DNA of 64,000 nucleotides from Paludibacteraceae bacterium (GCA_045531475.1 JAZSEB010000024.1:88017-152016), one strand, 5' to 3'. Shown: positions 37,449 through 48,080, counted from the first letter of the stretch. A program made the numbers and translations. Notes: generated by a model from the sequence alone, not told the origin.

Positions 37449-37503
37449 ACCTATCTTTTCCGAAATTTTATAGGGATTTCTTGCGTATATGCAAAAAATA
37501 TCG

Positions 37504-37511
37504 TACCTTTG
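37504..37511 (+). promoter_or_regulatory. -7 promoter box (TACCTTTG) for efp
   Basis: Exact motif 86 nt upstream of the ATG at 37597. Confidence 0.5.
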
Positions 37512-37596
37512 CACGCAATTTGAAATTGGCGCTTTAGGCGCACTTTTTCAAACTTTAGAAACCTGAAACATTAATTTAATAAACTAGTTTATATTT

Positions 37597-38160
37597 ATGA
37601 TTAACTCTCAAGACGTAAAGAACGGTGTATGTATCCGCATGGACGGCCGTTTGTATTTTGTAATTGACTTCCTGCACGTTAAGCCAGGAAAAGGTAACAC
37701 CATTATGCGTGTAAAATTCAAAGATGTAGTAGATGGTCGCGTATTGGAGCGTCGCTTCAATATCGGCGAGAAATTGGAGGATGTTCGCGTAGAACGCCGT
37801 CCATACCAATACCTCTATAAAGAGGGTGAGGACTATATCTTCATGAACCAAGAGACTTTCGAGCAAGTGCCTATCGGTCACGACCTTATCACTGGCGTAG
37901 ATTTCCTCAAAGAAGGTTTTGTTTGCGACGTTGTATCTGACGCTTCTACCGACACTATCCTCTTCGCTGAGTTGCCAACCAAGGTTGAGTTGGTAATCTC
38001 ATACACCGAGCCAGGTCTCAAAGGCGATACCGCTACCAACACCCTCAAACCTGCTACTCTTGAGACAGGTGCTGAGATCCGCGTTCCTCTCTTCTGCAAC
38101 GAAGGTGAGACTATCCGCGTAGATACCCGCGACGGTAGCTACTGCGAGCGCGTTCGCTAA
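37597..38160 (+). CDS. efp: Elongation factor P
   Basis: 187 aa. ..HVKPGKG.. loop and OB domains typical of EF-P. Confidence 0.95.
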   Translation: MINSQDVKNGVCIRMDGRLYFVIDFLHVKPGKGNTIMRVKFKDVVDGRVLERRFNIGEKLEDVRVERRPYQYLYKEGEDYIFMNQETFEQVPIGHDLITGVDFLKEGFVCDVVSDASTDTILFAELPTKVELVISYTEPGLKGDTATNTLKPATLETGAEIRVPLFCNEGETIRVDTRDGSYCERVR

Positions 38161-38189
38161 TCGTTGAACAACGAATTTCAGAGATAAAA

Positions 38190-38238
38190 AGTTTCAAAGG
38201 TTTCAATCATTCAAATACTGAAGCCCTTGAAACTTTTT
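38190..38238 (+). terminator. Intrinsic terminator after efp
   Basis: AGTTTCAAAGG (38190-38200) pairs with CCCTTGAAACT (38224-38234), followed by TTTTT. Confidence 0.55.
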
Positions 38239-38254
38239 GCAATATTTAACAATT

Positions 38255-38452
38255 ATGACAACGAAAGAACTCAAAAAGCATATTGCATTATGCGCAGCTG
38301 GTGCTATTGCTGGATTATTGCTTGCATGGGGTATTTTTCGCTGGGAATTTAAAGAGTTTCTATTTAAAAGTGTAGTATTGCTAACCCCACAAGTTATTAT
38401 GCTAACTATGTTGTATCTTGGGCATAAGGAAACTCATAAAGAAGAAAAATAG
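38255..38452 (+). CDS. Small two-TM membrane protein (hypothetical)
   Basis: 65 aa from the ATG at 38255 with two hydrophobic segments. Its stop TAG overlaps the GTG start of the next gene by 1 nt. Confidence 0.35.
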   Translation: MTTKELKKHIALCAAGAIAGLLLAWGIFRWEFKEFLFKSVVLLTPQVIMLTMLYLGHKETHKEEK

Positions 38453-39852
38453 TGCTCGCCTCTCACCCTAAAATAGACCTCCCCATTCTTCACCTTGTAG
38501 GCGAAGAAGCCGACCGTCTCGGTTTGGAGTGCTATGTCATTGGCGGATATGTGCGCGATATCTTCTTGCATCGCGACAGTACCGACATTGATGTAGTCGT
38601 GGTGGGCAGTGGCATTGACCTCGCACAAGCTGTAGCCAAACGCCTCGGAAAAGGGGCACACCTCAGCGTTTTTAAGACCTATGGTACTGCCCAAGTGAAA
38701 CGTGGCAAGATGGAATTGGAGTTTGTCGGGGCACGCCGCGAGAGTTATCAGCACGATTCGCGCAACCCAATCGTAGAGGACGGCACATTGGAGGATGACC
38801 AAAATCGTCGCGACTTCACTATCAATGCTATGGCTGTCTGCCTCAACCGCGATCGCTATGGTGAACTGCTTGACCCCTTCGGTGGCATACACGATATGAA
38901 CGAGTGCACTATCCGTACACCGCTCGACCCTGACATCACCTACAGCGACGATCCGCTACGCATGATGCGAGCCATCCGTTTTGCTACCCAACTCGGCTTC
39001 TACTTAGATAGAGAAACCTTCGATTCCATCGAGCGCAATGCCGAACGCATTAAGATTATCACCAAAGAGCGTATTGTAGAGGAACTCAACAAAATCATGC
39101 TCTCGCGCAAACCATCTGTGGGGTGGATATTACTCGACAAGACTGGACTCCTTCCGCTAATTTTCCCCGAACTCTCCGCACTCAAAGGAGTAGAAACCAA
39201 AGACGGAAAAGGGCACAAAGATGTGTTCTTCCATACCCTGCAAGTGTTGGATAACCTCGCACAAAAGTCCGACAACCTCTGGCTTCGTTGGGCTGCATTA
39301 CTACACGATATAGGCAAACCTAAATCCAAAGCATGGGACGACCATGCAGGTTGGACTTTCCGCAACCATAACTATCTCGGCGCAAAGATGATTCCGCGTA
39401 TCTTCAAGACCATGAAGATGCCGCAGAACGAGAAGATGCAGTATGTCATCAAGATGGTGGACCTGCATATGCGCCCTATCAATCTCATCGAAGATACAGT
39501 CACCGATTCTGCTGTTCGCCGCCTACTCTTTGAGGCTGGCAACGATATTGATGACCTTATGCTCCTTTGCGATGCGGACATCACTTCGCGCAACGAAGAG
39601 AAAGTGCGTCGCTTCCACAAGAACTACGAACTGGTACGGCAGAAGATGATTGAACTGGAGGAGAAAGACCGTATCCGCAATTTCCAACCGCCTGTGCGTG
39701 GCGAAGAGATTATGCAGCTGCTAAATCTCGAACCTTGTGCCCGTGTGGGCGAACTCAAAAACGCAATCAAAGACGCCATACTCGACGGCATTATCCCCAA
39801 CGAGTATGAGGCAGCCAAAGCATATTTAATGAAGATAGCTAACCAAGAGTAG
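38452..39852 (+). CDS. tRNA nucleotidyltransferase / poly(A) polymerase family protein with an HD domain (CCA-adding type)
   Basis: VIGGYVRD, DIDVVV, RRDFTINA, HD motif LLHDIGKP. GTG start. Confidence 0.8.
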   Translation: MLASHPKIDLPILHLVGEEADRLGLECYVIGGYVRDIFLHRDSTDIDVVVVGSGIDLAQAVAKRLGKGAHLSVFKTYGTAQVKRGKMELEFVGARRESYQHDSRNPIVEDGTLEDDQNRRDFTINAMAVCLNRDRYGELLDPFGGIHDMNECTIRTPLDPDITYSDDPLRMMRAIRFATQLGFYLDRETFDSIERNAERIKIITKERIVEELNKIMLSRKPSVGWILLDKTGLLPLIFPELSALKGVETKDGKGHKDVFFHTLQVLDNLAQKSDNLWLRWAALLHDIGKPKSKAWDDHAGWTFRNHNYLGAKMIPRIFKTMKMPQNEKMQYVIKMVDLHMRPINLIEDTVTDSAVRRLLFEAGNDIDDLMLLCDADITSRNEEKVRRFHKNYELVRQKMIELEEKDRIRNFQPPVRGEEIMQLLNLEPCARVGELKNAIKDAILDGIIPNEYEAAKAYLMKIANQE

Positions 39853-39854
39853 TT

Positions 39855-41453
39855 ATGAAAAAGTATGATTTTCTCATCATCGGTGGCGGTGTAGCGGGTA
39901 TGAGTTTTGCGCTCAAAGTGGCTCGCACACAGAAGTATCGTATTGCACTCTGTTGCAAGACGACCCTCGAAGAAACCAACACCAGCCGTGCGCAAGGCGG
40001 TATCGCCAGTGTGACCAACATGCTCGTAGATGACTTTGAAAAGCACATCCACGACACTATGGTAGCGGGCGACTGGCTCAGCGACCCTGCTGCGGTCGAA
40101 CAAGTAGTGCGCCAAGCGCCAAAGCAAATCGAGGAACTCGTCAACTGGGGCGTGAACTTCGACAAGCAAGCCGACGGCACCTTCGACCTTCACCGCGAAG
40201 GCGGACACTCTGAGTTTCGTATCCTCCACCACGCAGATGACACTGGCGCGGAAATCCAACGCGGACTCATGGCTGCGGTACGTGCCAACCCATACATTGA
40301 CGTATTGGAGAATCATTTTGCCGTAGAGATCATTACCCAGCACCACCTTGGCGTGCGCGTCACCCGCCGCACACCCGATATCGAGTGCTATGGTGCCTAT
40401 ATCCTCAACCCAGAGACGGGTAAGATTAACACCTACCTCAGTCGTATCACCCTCATGGCTACAGGTGGCACGGGAGCAGTGTATGCTACTACCACCAACC
40501 CTAATGTGGCAACGGGCGACGGCATCGCGATGGTCTATCGTGCCAAAGGTTTGGTAAAAGATATGGAGTTTGTGCAGTTTCACCCAACTGCTCTCTATAA
40601 CCCAACAGAAACGCACCCTGCATATCTCATCACCGAGGCGATGCGTGGCTACGGAGGTATCCTCCGCCTGCCTAACGGCGAGGAGTTTATGCAGAAATAC
40701 GACGCTCGCCTCTCGCTTGCGCCACGCGATATTGTGGCACGTGCTATCGACAACGAGATGAAGATTCATGGTCTTGACCATGTATGCCTAGACGTTACGC
40801 ACAAAGACCCTGAAGAAACCAAGCACCACTTCCCCAATATTTACGCTAAGTGCCTCAGCTTAGGCATTGATATCACGAAGGAGTATATCCCAGTAGCCCC
40901 TTGTGCGCACTATATGTGTGGCGGTATCAAGGTGGACTTAGATGCCCAATCCACTATCCGCCGCTTGTATGCGGTGGGTGAATGCAGTTGCACAGGCTTG
41001 CATGGTGGCAACCGCTTAGCAAGTAACTCCCTTATTGAGGCAGTGGTCTATGCTGATGCCGCAGCCAAACACTCGCTCAGTGTAATTGAAAACTATGATT
41101 TCAACGAGAATATCCCCGACTGGAACGACGAAGGTACCATGACTAATGAGGAGCATGTGCTTATCTCGCAAGACATGCGCGAAGTAGGTCAAGTCATGTC
41201 CACGTATGTAGGTATTGTCCGCAGCGACTTGCGTCTCCGCCGTGCATGGGAACGATTGGATTTGCTCTACGAAGAGACCGAAGACCTCTTCAAACGCGTA
41301 AAGGCAACAAAAGATATCTGCGAACTGCGTAATATGATCAATGTGGGTTATCTCATCACTCGCCAAGCATTGGAGCGCAAAGAATCTCGTGGCCTACACT
41401 ATACAATTGACTATCCTAAATGTCCAAATACTAATAATAACGAGGTATGGTAG
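39855..41453 (+). CDS. nadB: L-aspartate oxidase
   Basis: FAD motif IIGGGVAG, AQGGIA, RLASNSL, ESRGLHY. Confidence 0.9.
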   Translation: MKKYDFLIIGGGVAGMSFALKVARTQKYRIALCCKTTLEETNTSRAQGGIASVTNMLVDDFEKHIHDTMVAGDWLSDPAAVEQVVRQAPKQIEELVNWGVNFDKQADGTFDLHREGGHSEFRILHHADDTGAEIQRGLMAAVRANPYIDVLENHFAVEIITQHHLGVRVTRRTPDIECYGAYILNPETGKINTYLSRITLMATGGTGAVYATTTNPNVATGDGIAMVYRAKGLVKDMEFVQFHPTALYNPTETHPAYLITEAMRGYGGILRLPNGEEFMQKYDARLSLAPRDIVARAIDNEMKIHGLDHVCLDVTHKDPEETKHHFPNIYAKCLSLGIDITKEYIPVAPCAHYMCGGIKVDLDAQSTIRRLYAVGECSCTGLHGGNRLASNSLIEAVVYADAAAKHSLSVIENYDFNENIPDWNDEGTMTNEEHVLISQDMREVGQVMSTYVGIVRSDLRLRRAWERLDLLYEETEDLFKRVKATKDICELRNMINVGYLITRQALERKESRGLHYTIDYPKCPNTNNNEVW

Positions 41454-42256
41454 AATATCTAATAGCTCATTGTACCGTTACACCTGTGCGCCAAGAACCA
41501 TCCGAAGGGAGCGAGCAACTAACCCAATTGCTCTTTGGCGAAGTATGCGAAGTACTCGATCGCCTGCCTCGTTGGACAAAAATACGCTCCACCATGGACG
41601 GACAAGAGGGATGGGTAGATTTTAAGATGTTAACGTATGTAGGCGATGAGGCGATGGGGCTAAAAGGCGACGAGGCTGTGGTTGCTTTTCCTATGGCAGC
41701 AGCTACTCCTATGGATGGCGGACCTGATCTGCTACTTACACTCGGAACACGTTTGCCCAACTACTCTCACGGCACTTTCGAAGTTCTTGGCAAACAATAT
41801 CTGATTGATCCTACAGAAGTTAGAGGTGAAAAATTACAGGTTAAAGGCGATGAGGCAATAAGGCGAGAGGATGTTTGCGCCGTTGCGCAAACATTGCTCA
41901 ACGCTCCTTACCTATGGGGCGGCAAGAACGTAATGGGTATAGACTGCTCTGGTTTCACACAAGTGGTGTATAGCGTGTTCGGCATCAACCTCCTGCGCAA
42001 TGCGCGTGAACAAATCACACAAGGAACAGCTGTAGCGTCGTTGGCAGAGGCGCAGCCAGGCGACTTAGCCTTCTTCGACCATGCCGATCGCGACCCACAA
42101 GCAACGAACATCTCACACGTGGGATTGCTACTAGATAACAAAAAAATCATCCACTGCTCGGGATGTGTGCATGTGGATGATATAGATGAAATGGGTATTC
42201 ATTTGCCCGATGGTGAACTAACCCATCATTTGGTGCAAATCAAGCGATATATATAA
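41447..42256 (+). CDS. C40 (NlpC/P60) family peptidase with an N-terminal SH3b-like region
   Basis: YLWGGKNVMGIDCSGF (catalytic Cys) and ISHVGLL (His). Confidence 0.8.
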   Translation: MVEYLIAHCTVTPVRQEPSEGSEQLTQLLFGEVCEVLDRLPRWTKIRSTMDGQEGWVDFKMLTYVGDEAMGLKGDEAVVAFPMAAATPMDGGPDLLLTLGTRLPNYSHGTFEVLGKQYLIDPTEVRGEKLQVKGDEAIRREDVCAVAQTLLNAPYLWGGKNVMGIDCSGFTQVVYSVFGINLLRNAREQITQGTAVASLAEAQPGDLAFFDHADRDPQATNISHVGLLLDNKKIIHCSGCVHVDDIDEMGIHLPDGELTHHLVQIKRYI

Positions 42257-42259
42257 AAC

Positions 42260-42292
42260 GAAACGCGAGCAGGAATGCTCGCGCTTTGTTTA
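42260..42292. terminator. Hairpin between the convergent NlpC/P60 gene and rfbB
   Basis: GCGAGC (42265-42270), loop AGGAAT, GCTCGC (42277-42282), extended by AAAC/GTTT flanks. Confidence 0.5.
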
Positions 42293-42310
42293 ACTATTGT
42301 TATAATCGGC

Positions 42311-43441
42311 TTATCTTCCTTTATACATGTCCTCGTAGTACTTCTCATATTCGCCAGAAGTGATGTTGTCCATCCACTCTTGGTGTTCGAGGTACCAGCG
42401 AACGGTTTTCTCAATACCTTCTTCAAACTGCAGAGATGGCTCCCAACCAAGTTCGGCTTGCAATTTGCGGGAGTCAATAGCATAGCGCATATCGTGTCCT
42501 GCACGGTCAGTCACATAAGTGATAAGGTTCATATCCTCGCCTTCTGTGCGACCCAATAAACGATCCACTGTATTAATCACCACCTTAATAATGTCAATAT
42601 TCTTCCACTCGTTGAAACCGCCAATATTATAAGTCTCTGCCACAGTACCTTGATGGAAAATGAGGTCAATTGCACGTGCGTGATCCTCTACATATAGCCA
42701 ATCACGTACATTTTCGCCCTTGCCATACACTGGTAATGGCTTGCGATGGCGAATATTATTGATAAATAGCGGTATCAGTTTCTCGGGGAACTGATAAGGA
42801 CCATAATTGTTCGAGCAGTTGGTCACAATAGTCGGCATACCATAGGTATCGTGGAAAGCGCGCACGAAGTGGTCACTACTTGCTTTAGATGCTGAATATG
42901 GACTATGTGGATTATACTTCGTAGTCTCTACGAAGAAGTCCTCACCATATGCCTCGTGGTGTTCTGATGATGCCTGAGTGGAGAATGGAGGCTCTATTCC
43001 CTCGGGGTGAGTCATCTCTAATGCACCATATACCTCATCGGTAGAGATATGATAGAAACGTTTGCCCTCATACTTCTCTGGCAATGCCTCCCAATAGAGT
43101 TTTGCAGCCTGCAAAAGTGAAAGTGTACCCATCACATTGGTGCGAGCAAAGGTAAATGGATCTTTTATTGAACGATCTACATGGCTCTCGGCTGCAAGGT
43201 GAATGATACCTGTTACTTGCTCCTCCTGCATGAGTGCGTACATCGCATCAAAATCACAAATATCGGCTTTTACAAAGCGATAGTTAGATTTTTCTTCAAT
43301 GTCCTTCAGATTAGCAAGATTGCCTGCATAAGTGAGTTTATCCACATTGATAATGCGGTAATCAGGGTATTTATTCACAAAAAGTCGTACTACATGGCTA
43401 CCGATAAAACCTGCGCCACCTGTGATAATGATTGATTTCAT
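42311..43441 (-). CDS. rfbB: dTDP-glucose 4,6-dehydratase
   Basis: GGAGFIGS, YSASKASSDH (YxxxK), ISTDEVYG. Confidence 0.9.
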   Translation of the reverse strand: MKSIIITGGAGFIGSHVVRLFVNKYPDYRIINVDKLTYAGNLANLKDIEEKSNYRFVKADICDFDAMYALMQEEQVTGIIHLAAESHVDRSIKDPFTFARTNVMGTLSLLQAAKLYWEALPEKYEGKRFYHISTDEVYGALEMTHPEGIEPPFSTQASSEHHEAYGEDFFVETTKYNPHSPYSASKASSDHFVRAFHDTYGMPTIVTNCSNNYGPYQFPEKLIPLFINNIRHRKPLPVYGKGENVRDWLYVEDHARAIDLIFHQGTVAETYNIGGFNEWKNIDIIKVVINTVDRLLGRTEGEDMNLITYVTDRAGHDMRYAIDSRKLQAELGWEPSLQFEEGIEKTVRWYLEHQEWMDNITSGEYEKYYEDMYKGR

Positions 43442-44190
43442 ATTACAAATCGTATTTGTTTGAAATGATATATTTGTTCTTCATTGTTTGTATTTCGTAG
43501 TATGAGTTCGCCTTGCTCTGTAATTCCAACAAATTCTGCTAAAAAGGCTCCTTCTGTATCGGTGGGAGCAATAGCTGTAGGTAAAACACTTACCTCTCTT
43601 TCTACATATTTATGCCATCCCTCGCGGCGGTAGATGCGCTGCAGATACGCTGCAGATAGTTCTTCTGTACTGCGCAACTCCCATAATTTTATTGCTGATA
43701 TCCATTCCTCTAATAGCAATTCAGGACAGTATTCTTTACCCGTAATCTGTTTCATAGAAACTGGGTTGGGCGCACTGCTGAGCCATTCAGTCTGATTTAC
43801 ATTTACTCCTACTCCTGCTATACTATAACCTACTTGATGACCACACAAACTATTTTCAATAAGTATACCTACTAGTTTCTTATCATCATAGTAAATATCA
43901 TTAGGCCATTTAATAGTTAGTCTCTCTTGTGGCAAATATGTCGCCAGCGTATCCCATATGCTAATTGCTACCAGCATGGATAGTCGCCATTGGTCTCTGG
44001 CGAGAATATTGTTATACCTCAACAAAGTGGAAAAAAGTAGATTTTTCCCGCTCTCGCTCTCCCATGTATTACCTGCTTGTCCTCTACCTGCGGTTTGAAA
44101 ATCTGTGCGTATGGTGTAGAGGTGGGGCAATGAATCGGTATATTGCTCGCGCAATAAAGAAGATGTGCTATGTGTTTCTTTGATAAACAT
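43438..44190 (-). CDS. birA: Biotin--[acetyl-CoA-carboxylase] ligase (no N-terminal HTH domain)
   Basis: QTAGRGQAGNTWESESGKNLLFS (GRGRxGRxW-like) and KWPNDIY. Confidence 0.8.
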   Translation of the reverse strand: MFIKETHSTSSLLREQYTDSLPHLYTIRTDFQTAGRGQAGNTWESESGKNLLFSTLLRYNNILARDQWRLSMLVAISIWDTLATYLPQERLTIKWPNDIYYDDKKLVGILIENSLCGHQVGYSIAGVGVNVNQTEWLSSAPNPVSMKQITGKEYCPELLLEEWISAIKLWELRSTEELSAAYLQRIYRREGWHKYVEREVSVLPTAIAPTDTEGAFLAEFVGITEQGELILRNTNNEEQIYHFKQIRFVI

Positions 44191-45547
44191 CCAAAAGGTA
44201 TTGTTCTATCACGCGTTGTATTTTTCTGGTTTTGCAATTGGCACTATTCACCATGACTGCGAATACCCAAACTCGTCCGTCGGGTAAAAACATATAGCCA
44301 GCATAGTTCTTTGTTCCACCAATGGTACCGCTCTTTGCACATACTTTACCGTGTAGAGGTGTATCACGCAAAAACGAACTGAGTGTACCGCTCTCGCCAC
44401 TACAAGGCAGCGAAGCTAGAAATACATCTTTGTGCTTCGAACCATACATATATCGTAGGAGTTGCACATACATCGAGGGCGATATAGCATCTTGTGGAGC
44501 TAGCCCACAGCCATCTAAAATCTTTCCACTGCGAAAACTAACTCCGCGGTTTTTCCAATATTCGCGCATGAAATCCGATGCATTATGAATAGTACAGGGT
44601 AATGCGTATTTAGACCCAAATATTCGGAATAGCATTTCTGCATATAGGTTATCAGATTCTTGCTCAGTATGGCGAATGATTTCAGATAGAGGTTCACTTT
44701 GATGAGTAAATAGCAATGTGCGACTTGGAGCATGCATTGGTTTCTCGCTCAAATAGGATTCTGTACTATCCACCTGAATGCCACTAATTCGCAGAATATT
44801 AGTGAAATCGCGCACCAAAATCAGTCCTGGGTTTGGCATATCTCCGCGAACACCAAAAGTCTGACGATTCGATGGTACACTTCCCACCAGATATCGCGTA
44901 TTATTGTAAGGTACACCATGCACGAATGCACCATCATAAGTGATATGCGTACATCGAATATGATTTTCAAATTCAATTTCAGGAATCTCTGGGGTAGTAT
45001 AAAGAACTTCTGCTATACTACCTACCGCACCGCTACGCAATACAATATTCATTGTATTATCTTGATATGCCAAAGAGAATATACCAGGAGCATAATAGTT
45101 TCCTACATCTTCCCATAGCCATGAAGGATTGAGGGCATTGGCATCAAAATAACTAAGATCTGCCACCACAGACCCATTAATATGCTGAATACCAGCTTCA
45201 CGCAACTTACGTACCCATTTGTACATAAAATTCGTATCGCCCACATACCTCGAACCAAACGTAGGATCACCCCGACCTTCTATGTATAAGTTGCCATGCA
45301 GTACGCCATCCTGAATAAATCCGTCATAGGTAATAGGGGTCTCAATTCGATAGTCTCCTCCCCATAACTCCAATGCTGTAGCTGCTGTTAGCAATTTCAT
45401 GGTCGATGCTGGAGGAATAACGGCATTGTGACGATAAGCTTCAATCGTGTCACCAGAATGGTAATCACATATCAACACACCTATATTTGCATCTTGTGTA
45501 TTAGGATGTGTTGTAAGAATAGATAGTATAAGTAACAATTTAAACAT
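44168..45547 (-). CDS. dacB: D-alanyl-D-alanine carboxypeptidase/endopeptidase (PBP4, S13 family)
   Basis: PASTMKL (SxxK), SDN, KSGT motifs. Start set at MFKLLLILS (45547), downstream of the promoter box. Confidence 0.8.
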   Translation of the reverse strand: MFKLLLILSILTTHPNTQDANIGVLICDYHSGDTIEAYRHNAVIPPASTMKLLTAATALELWGGDYRIETPITYDGFIQDGVLHGNLYIEGRGDPTFGSRYVGDTNFMYKWVRKLREAGIQHINGSVVADLSYFDANALNPSWLWEDVGNYYAPGIFSLAYQDNTMNIVLRSGAVGSIAEVLYTTPEIPEIEFENHIRCTHITYDGAFVHGVPYNNTRYLVGSVPSNRQTFGVRGDMPNPGLILVRDFTNILRISGIQVDSTESYLSEKPMHAPSRTLLFTHQSEPLSEIIRHTEQESDNLYAEMLFRIFGSKYALPCTIHNASDFMREYWKNRGVSFRSGKILDGCGLAPQDAISPSMYVQLLRYMYGSKHKDVFLASLPCSGESGTLSSFLRDTPLHGKVCAKSGTIGGTKNYAGYMFLPDGRVWVFAVMVNSANCKTRKIQRVIEQYLLDVYQRNT

Positions 45548-45552
45548 GGCGA

Positions 45553-45560
45553 CAAAGGTA
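45553..45560 (-). promoter_or_regulatory. -7 promoter box (TACCTTTG) for dacB
   Basis: Exact motif 6 nt upstream of the ATG at 45547, implying a leaderless transcript. Confidence 0.5.
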
Positions 45561-45622
45561 CAAAAAAAAATGTACATGCGCAAGATTTTATTGAAAAATT
45601 TGCGTATGTGCAAAAAAAACAC

Positions 45623-45630
45623 TACCTTTG
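45623..45630 (+). promoter_or_regulatory. -7 promoter box (TACCTTTG) for mdh
   Basis: Exact motif 44 nt upstream of the ATG at 45674. Confidence 0.5.
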
Positions 45631-45673
45631 CACGTTAATTGCAAAATATTGTTTAACTTTAAATACTAATTTT

Positions 45674-46615
45674 ATGTCAAAAGTTACTGTAGTAGGCGCA
45701 GGCAACGTAGGTGCAACATGCGCAAATGTGTTGGCAGTAAAGAAAGTTGCCAGCGAAGTCGTATTGATCGACATCAAAGAAGGCGTTGCTGAAGGCAAGG
45801 CTATGGATATCATGCAAACAGCTCAATTGTTGGGCTTTGACACCGTAGTTAAGGGTGTTACCAACGATTATAGCCAAACTGCTGGTTCTGATGTAGTAGT
45901 TATTACCAGTGGTCTCCCACGTAAACCAGGTATGACTCGTGAAGAATTGATTGGTGTAAATGCAGGTATTGTGAAGAGTGTAGCTCAACAAATTTTGACC
46001 TATTCTCCTAACGCTATACTTGTCGTAGTTTCCAATCCTATGGACACAATGGCTTATCTCGCACTCAAGTCTCTCGGTTTATCTCGTAATCGCGTAATTG
46101 GTATGGGTGGTGCATTGGATAGCAGCCGTTTCAAATATTTCTTGAGCCAAAAATTGGGTTGCAATGCCAACGAAGTAGAAGGTTTTGTAATTGGTGGCCA
46201 CGGAGATACAACAATGATTCCTATGACTCGCTTTGCTACATACAAAGGTATGCCAGTTAGCGAAATGATTACTGCAGAAGAGTTGGATGAAGTAGCTAAA
46301 GCTACTATGGTAGGTGGTGCTACTCTTACTGGTTTGCTCGGTACCAGCGCATGGATGGCGCCAGGTGCAGCAGCAGCTGCTGTAGTTGATAGCGTAATCA
46401 ACAACCAAAAGAAGATGATTCCTTGCTCTGCATATCTCGAGGGTGAATATGGCTACAATGATATCACTATTGGTGTTCCATGTATCATCGGTAAGAATGG
46501 TATTGAGAAGATTGTAGAGTTGCCATTGAATGAGGCTGAGCAAGCTCTCTTTGCTGCTAGTGAAGCTGCTGTTGCTAAAACAACGGGTATCTTAAAAGAA
46601 ATCAACGCTCTTTAA
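45674..46615 (+). CDS. mdh: Malate dehydrogenase (LDH-like MDH)
   Basis: MSKVTVVGAGNVG, ITSGLPRKPGMTR, GGHGDT. Start moved to the ATG at 45674. Confidence 0.9.
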   Translation: MSKVTVVGAGNVGATCANVLAVKKVASEVVLIDIKEGVAEGKAMDIMQTAQLLGFDTVVKGVTNDYSQTAGSDVVVITSGLPRKPGMTREELIGVNAGIVKSVAQQILTYSPNAILVVVSNPMDTMAYLALKSLGLSRNRVIGMGGALDSSRFKYFLSQKLGCNANEVEGFVIGGHGDTTMIPMTRFATYKGMPVSEMITAEELDEVAKATMVGGATLTGLLGTSAWMAPGAAAAAVVDSVINNQKKMIPCSAYLEGEYGYNDITIGVPCIIGKNGIEKIVELPLNEAEQALFAASEAAVAKTTGILKEINAL

Positions 46616-46635
46616 TCTTACATTAGTATAAAATA

Positions 46636-46686
46636 AATCTCCACCATTTGAGTAATCAACTCTCATGGTGGAGATTCTTTTTTTTT
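46636..46686 (+). terminator. Intrinsic terminator after mdh
   Basis: 12-bp stem AATCTCCACCAT / ATGGTGGAGATT followed by T9. Confidence 0.8.
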
Positions 46687-46695
46687 GTGTTGTGA

Positions 46696-48063
46696 TTATT
46701 GTTTGTGACTTAATTCTGCTTCTTGTACAGAATATAGTAGTTGATTGCACTCTGCAGTAGATTGGCTTTGTTGTTTTTCCAGTTTTAGGATAGTAGGCGC
46801 AATCTTCTTTTGTTGATTTACATTGCTTTCGCTATATTGCAAACGCAATTCAGCTAATTGCTCTTTATCTTGTTGTAGTTGTTTTCGCTTTTTCTCCCAA
46901 TCTTGGTATAGTTTGCGTGCCTGTGGGTTTCTAAAATCGTCCAATGATGTATAAACTACCGAGTCATTTAGAGCAAAAAAGATTACTTTATGATCTTTTT
47001 CATCTTGCATCATGCTGTCTTCTGGTATGGATTCAATGTCTTTCTCTGCTTGAATATAACTTTTCAGTTGTGCATAAGCTATCAATGAATCACGGGATAT
47101 TTCTCTCCAATATTGTTTGTATTCTGTAGGAACAAAACTATATATACGAACACCATCTTTTGCAGAGAATCTATCGGTGGCTAAATAGCCAATTTTCTTC
47201 CCTTCATCAATAGCCAATAGATATTCGTTGGCTGGAGAATTGTATGGCAAGCCCAAGTTCTCTGGATTAGTATAAGTTTCGGTACTGGTGTTATATCTTG
47301 TCACATAAAGGTCATAGCCGCCAAACCCGTTCGTGTCGCATGCAGCGTAGTAGAGCGTCACTCCGTCGCTTAAAATATAGGGATTGATTTGTTTTGAGAA
47401 CTGATTAACTACTTCTGGCATAGTGTCTGCGCTAGTCCATTGATCCAATAGTCGATGACTGGTTACGATATATGCAGTCGAATCATTCATCTCGGTCCAT
47501 AGTTTTCTATCTCCGCGTTGGTTAGTGTACATTACCTGTCCTAAACTATCATATGATAAAGCCCCAGCTTCTGCTGAAAGGGTGAATGCATCAAGCATTC
47601 TGTCTAGTGCCACATCTATCGAATCAATAACGTGTAGTTTCTCTACACGTCGTAGATAACGTTGTAGTCGCTCTGCATAATGAATTTGTTGCTGCACGTA
47701 CGTCGCGCGCGCGGAATCTATATTAGGTCGAGTCAAATATGTCTGATAAGCGGTAATTGCATCTTCGACATACCACATCTTCATACAAACTTCAGCCAAG
47801 TGGAAATGCTTCAAATCATATCGATTTCCCGATAACTCAAAGTATTTGATTGCTGTAGTATAGTCACCCAATTCTTGTGCACATCTTGCATATCGATACA
47901 AATACAAAGCGTGGTTTGGATAACTCTTTACCAATCGTCCATATTGCTCTCGTGCTTCTGCATAGTTGCCCTCTTGGAAGAGTGCATCAGCCGATGCCGC
48001 AGTTTGCCCAAAAACTACAGTGCTTGCCCACAAAAATAATATGAAAATTTGAATTTTTCTCAT
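46696..48063 (-). CDS. Secreted TPR-repeat protein with a TolB/PD40-like middle region and a coiled-coil tail
   Basis: Signal peptide; N-terminal TPR-like repeats (..GNYAEAREQYGRL.., ..GDYTTAIKYFE..); ..GGYDLYVT.. PD40-like motif. Start at 48063. Confidence 0.5.
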   Translation of the reverse strand: MRKIQIFILFLWASTVVFGQTAASADALFQEGNYAEAREQYGRLVKSYPNHALYLYRYARCAQELGDYTTAIKYFELSGNRYDLKHFHLAEVCMKMWYVEDAITAYQTYLTRPNIDSARATYVQQQIHYAERLQRYLRRVEKLHVIDSIDVALDRMLDAFTLSAEAGALSYDSLGQVMYTNQRGDRKLWTEMNDSTAYIVTSHRLLDQWTSADTMPEVVNQFSKQINPYILSDGVTLYYAACDTNGFGGYDLYVTRYNTSTETYTNPENLGLPYNSPANEYLLAIDEGKKIGYLATDRFSAKDGVRIYSFVPTEYKQYWREISRDSLIAYAQLKSYIQAEKDIESIPEDSMMQDEKDHKVIFFALNDSVVYTSLDDFRNPQARKLYQDWEKKRKQLQQDKEQLAELRLQYSESNVNQQKKIAPTILKLEKQQSQSTAECNQLLYSVQEAELSHKQ

Positions 48064-48072
48064 AATCCAGCG

Positions 48073-48080
48073 CAAAGGTA
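48073..48080 (-). promoter_or_regulatory. -7 promoter box (TACCTTTG) for the TPR protein gene
   Basis: Exact motif 10 nt upstream of the ATG at 48063. Confidence 0.5.

Noticed and set aside
39624-40781. 385-aa minus-strand ORF (and 39839..40180) antisense to nadB
   Set aside because: It lies entirely inside the well-supported nadB CDS. The translation is Arg/Ser/His-rich with no motifs, typical of a shadow ORF in higher-GC coding DNA.
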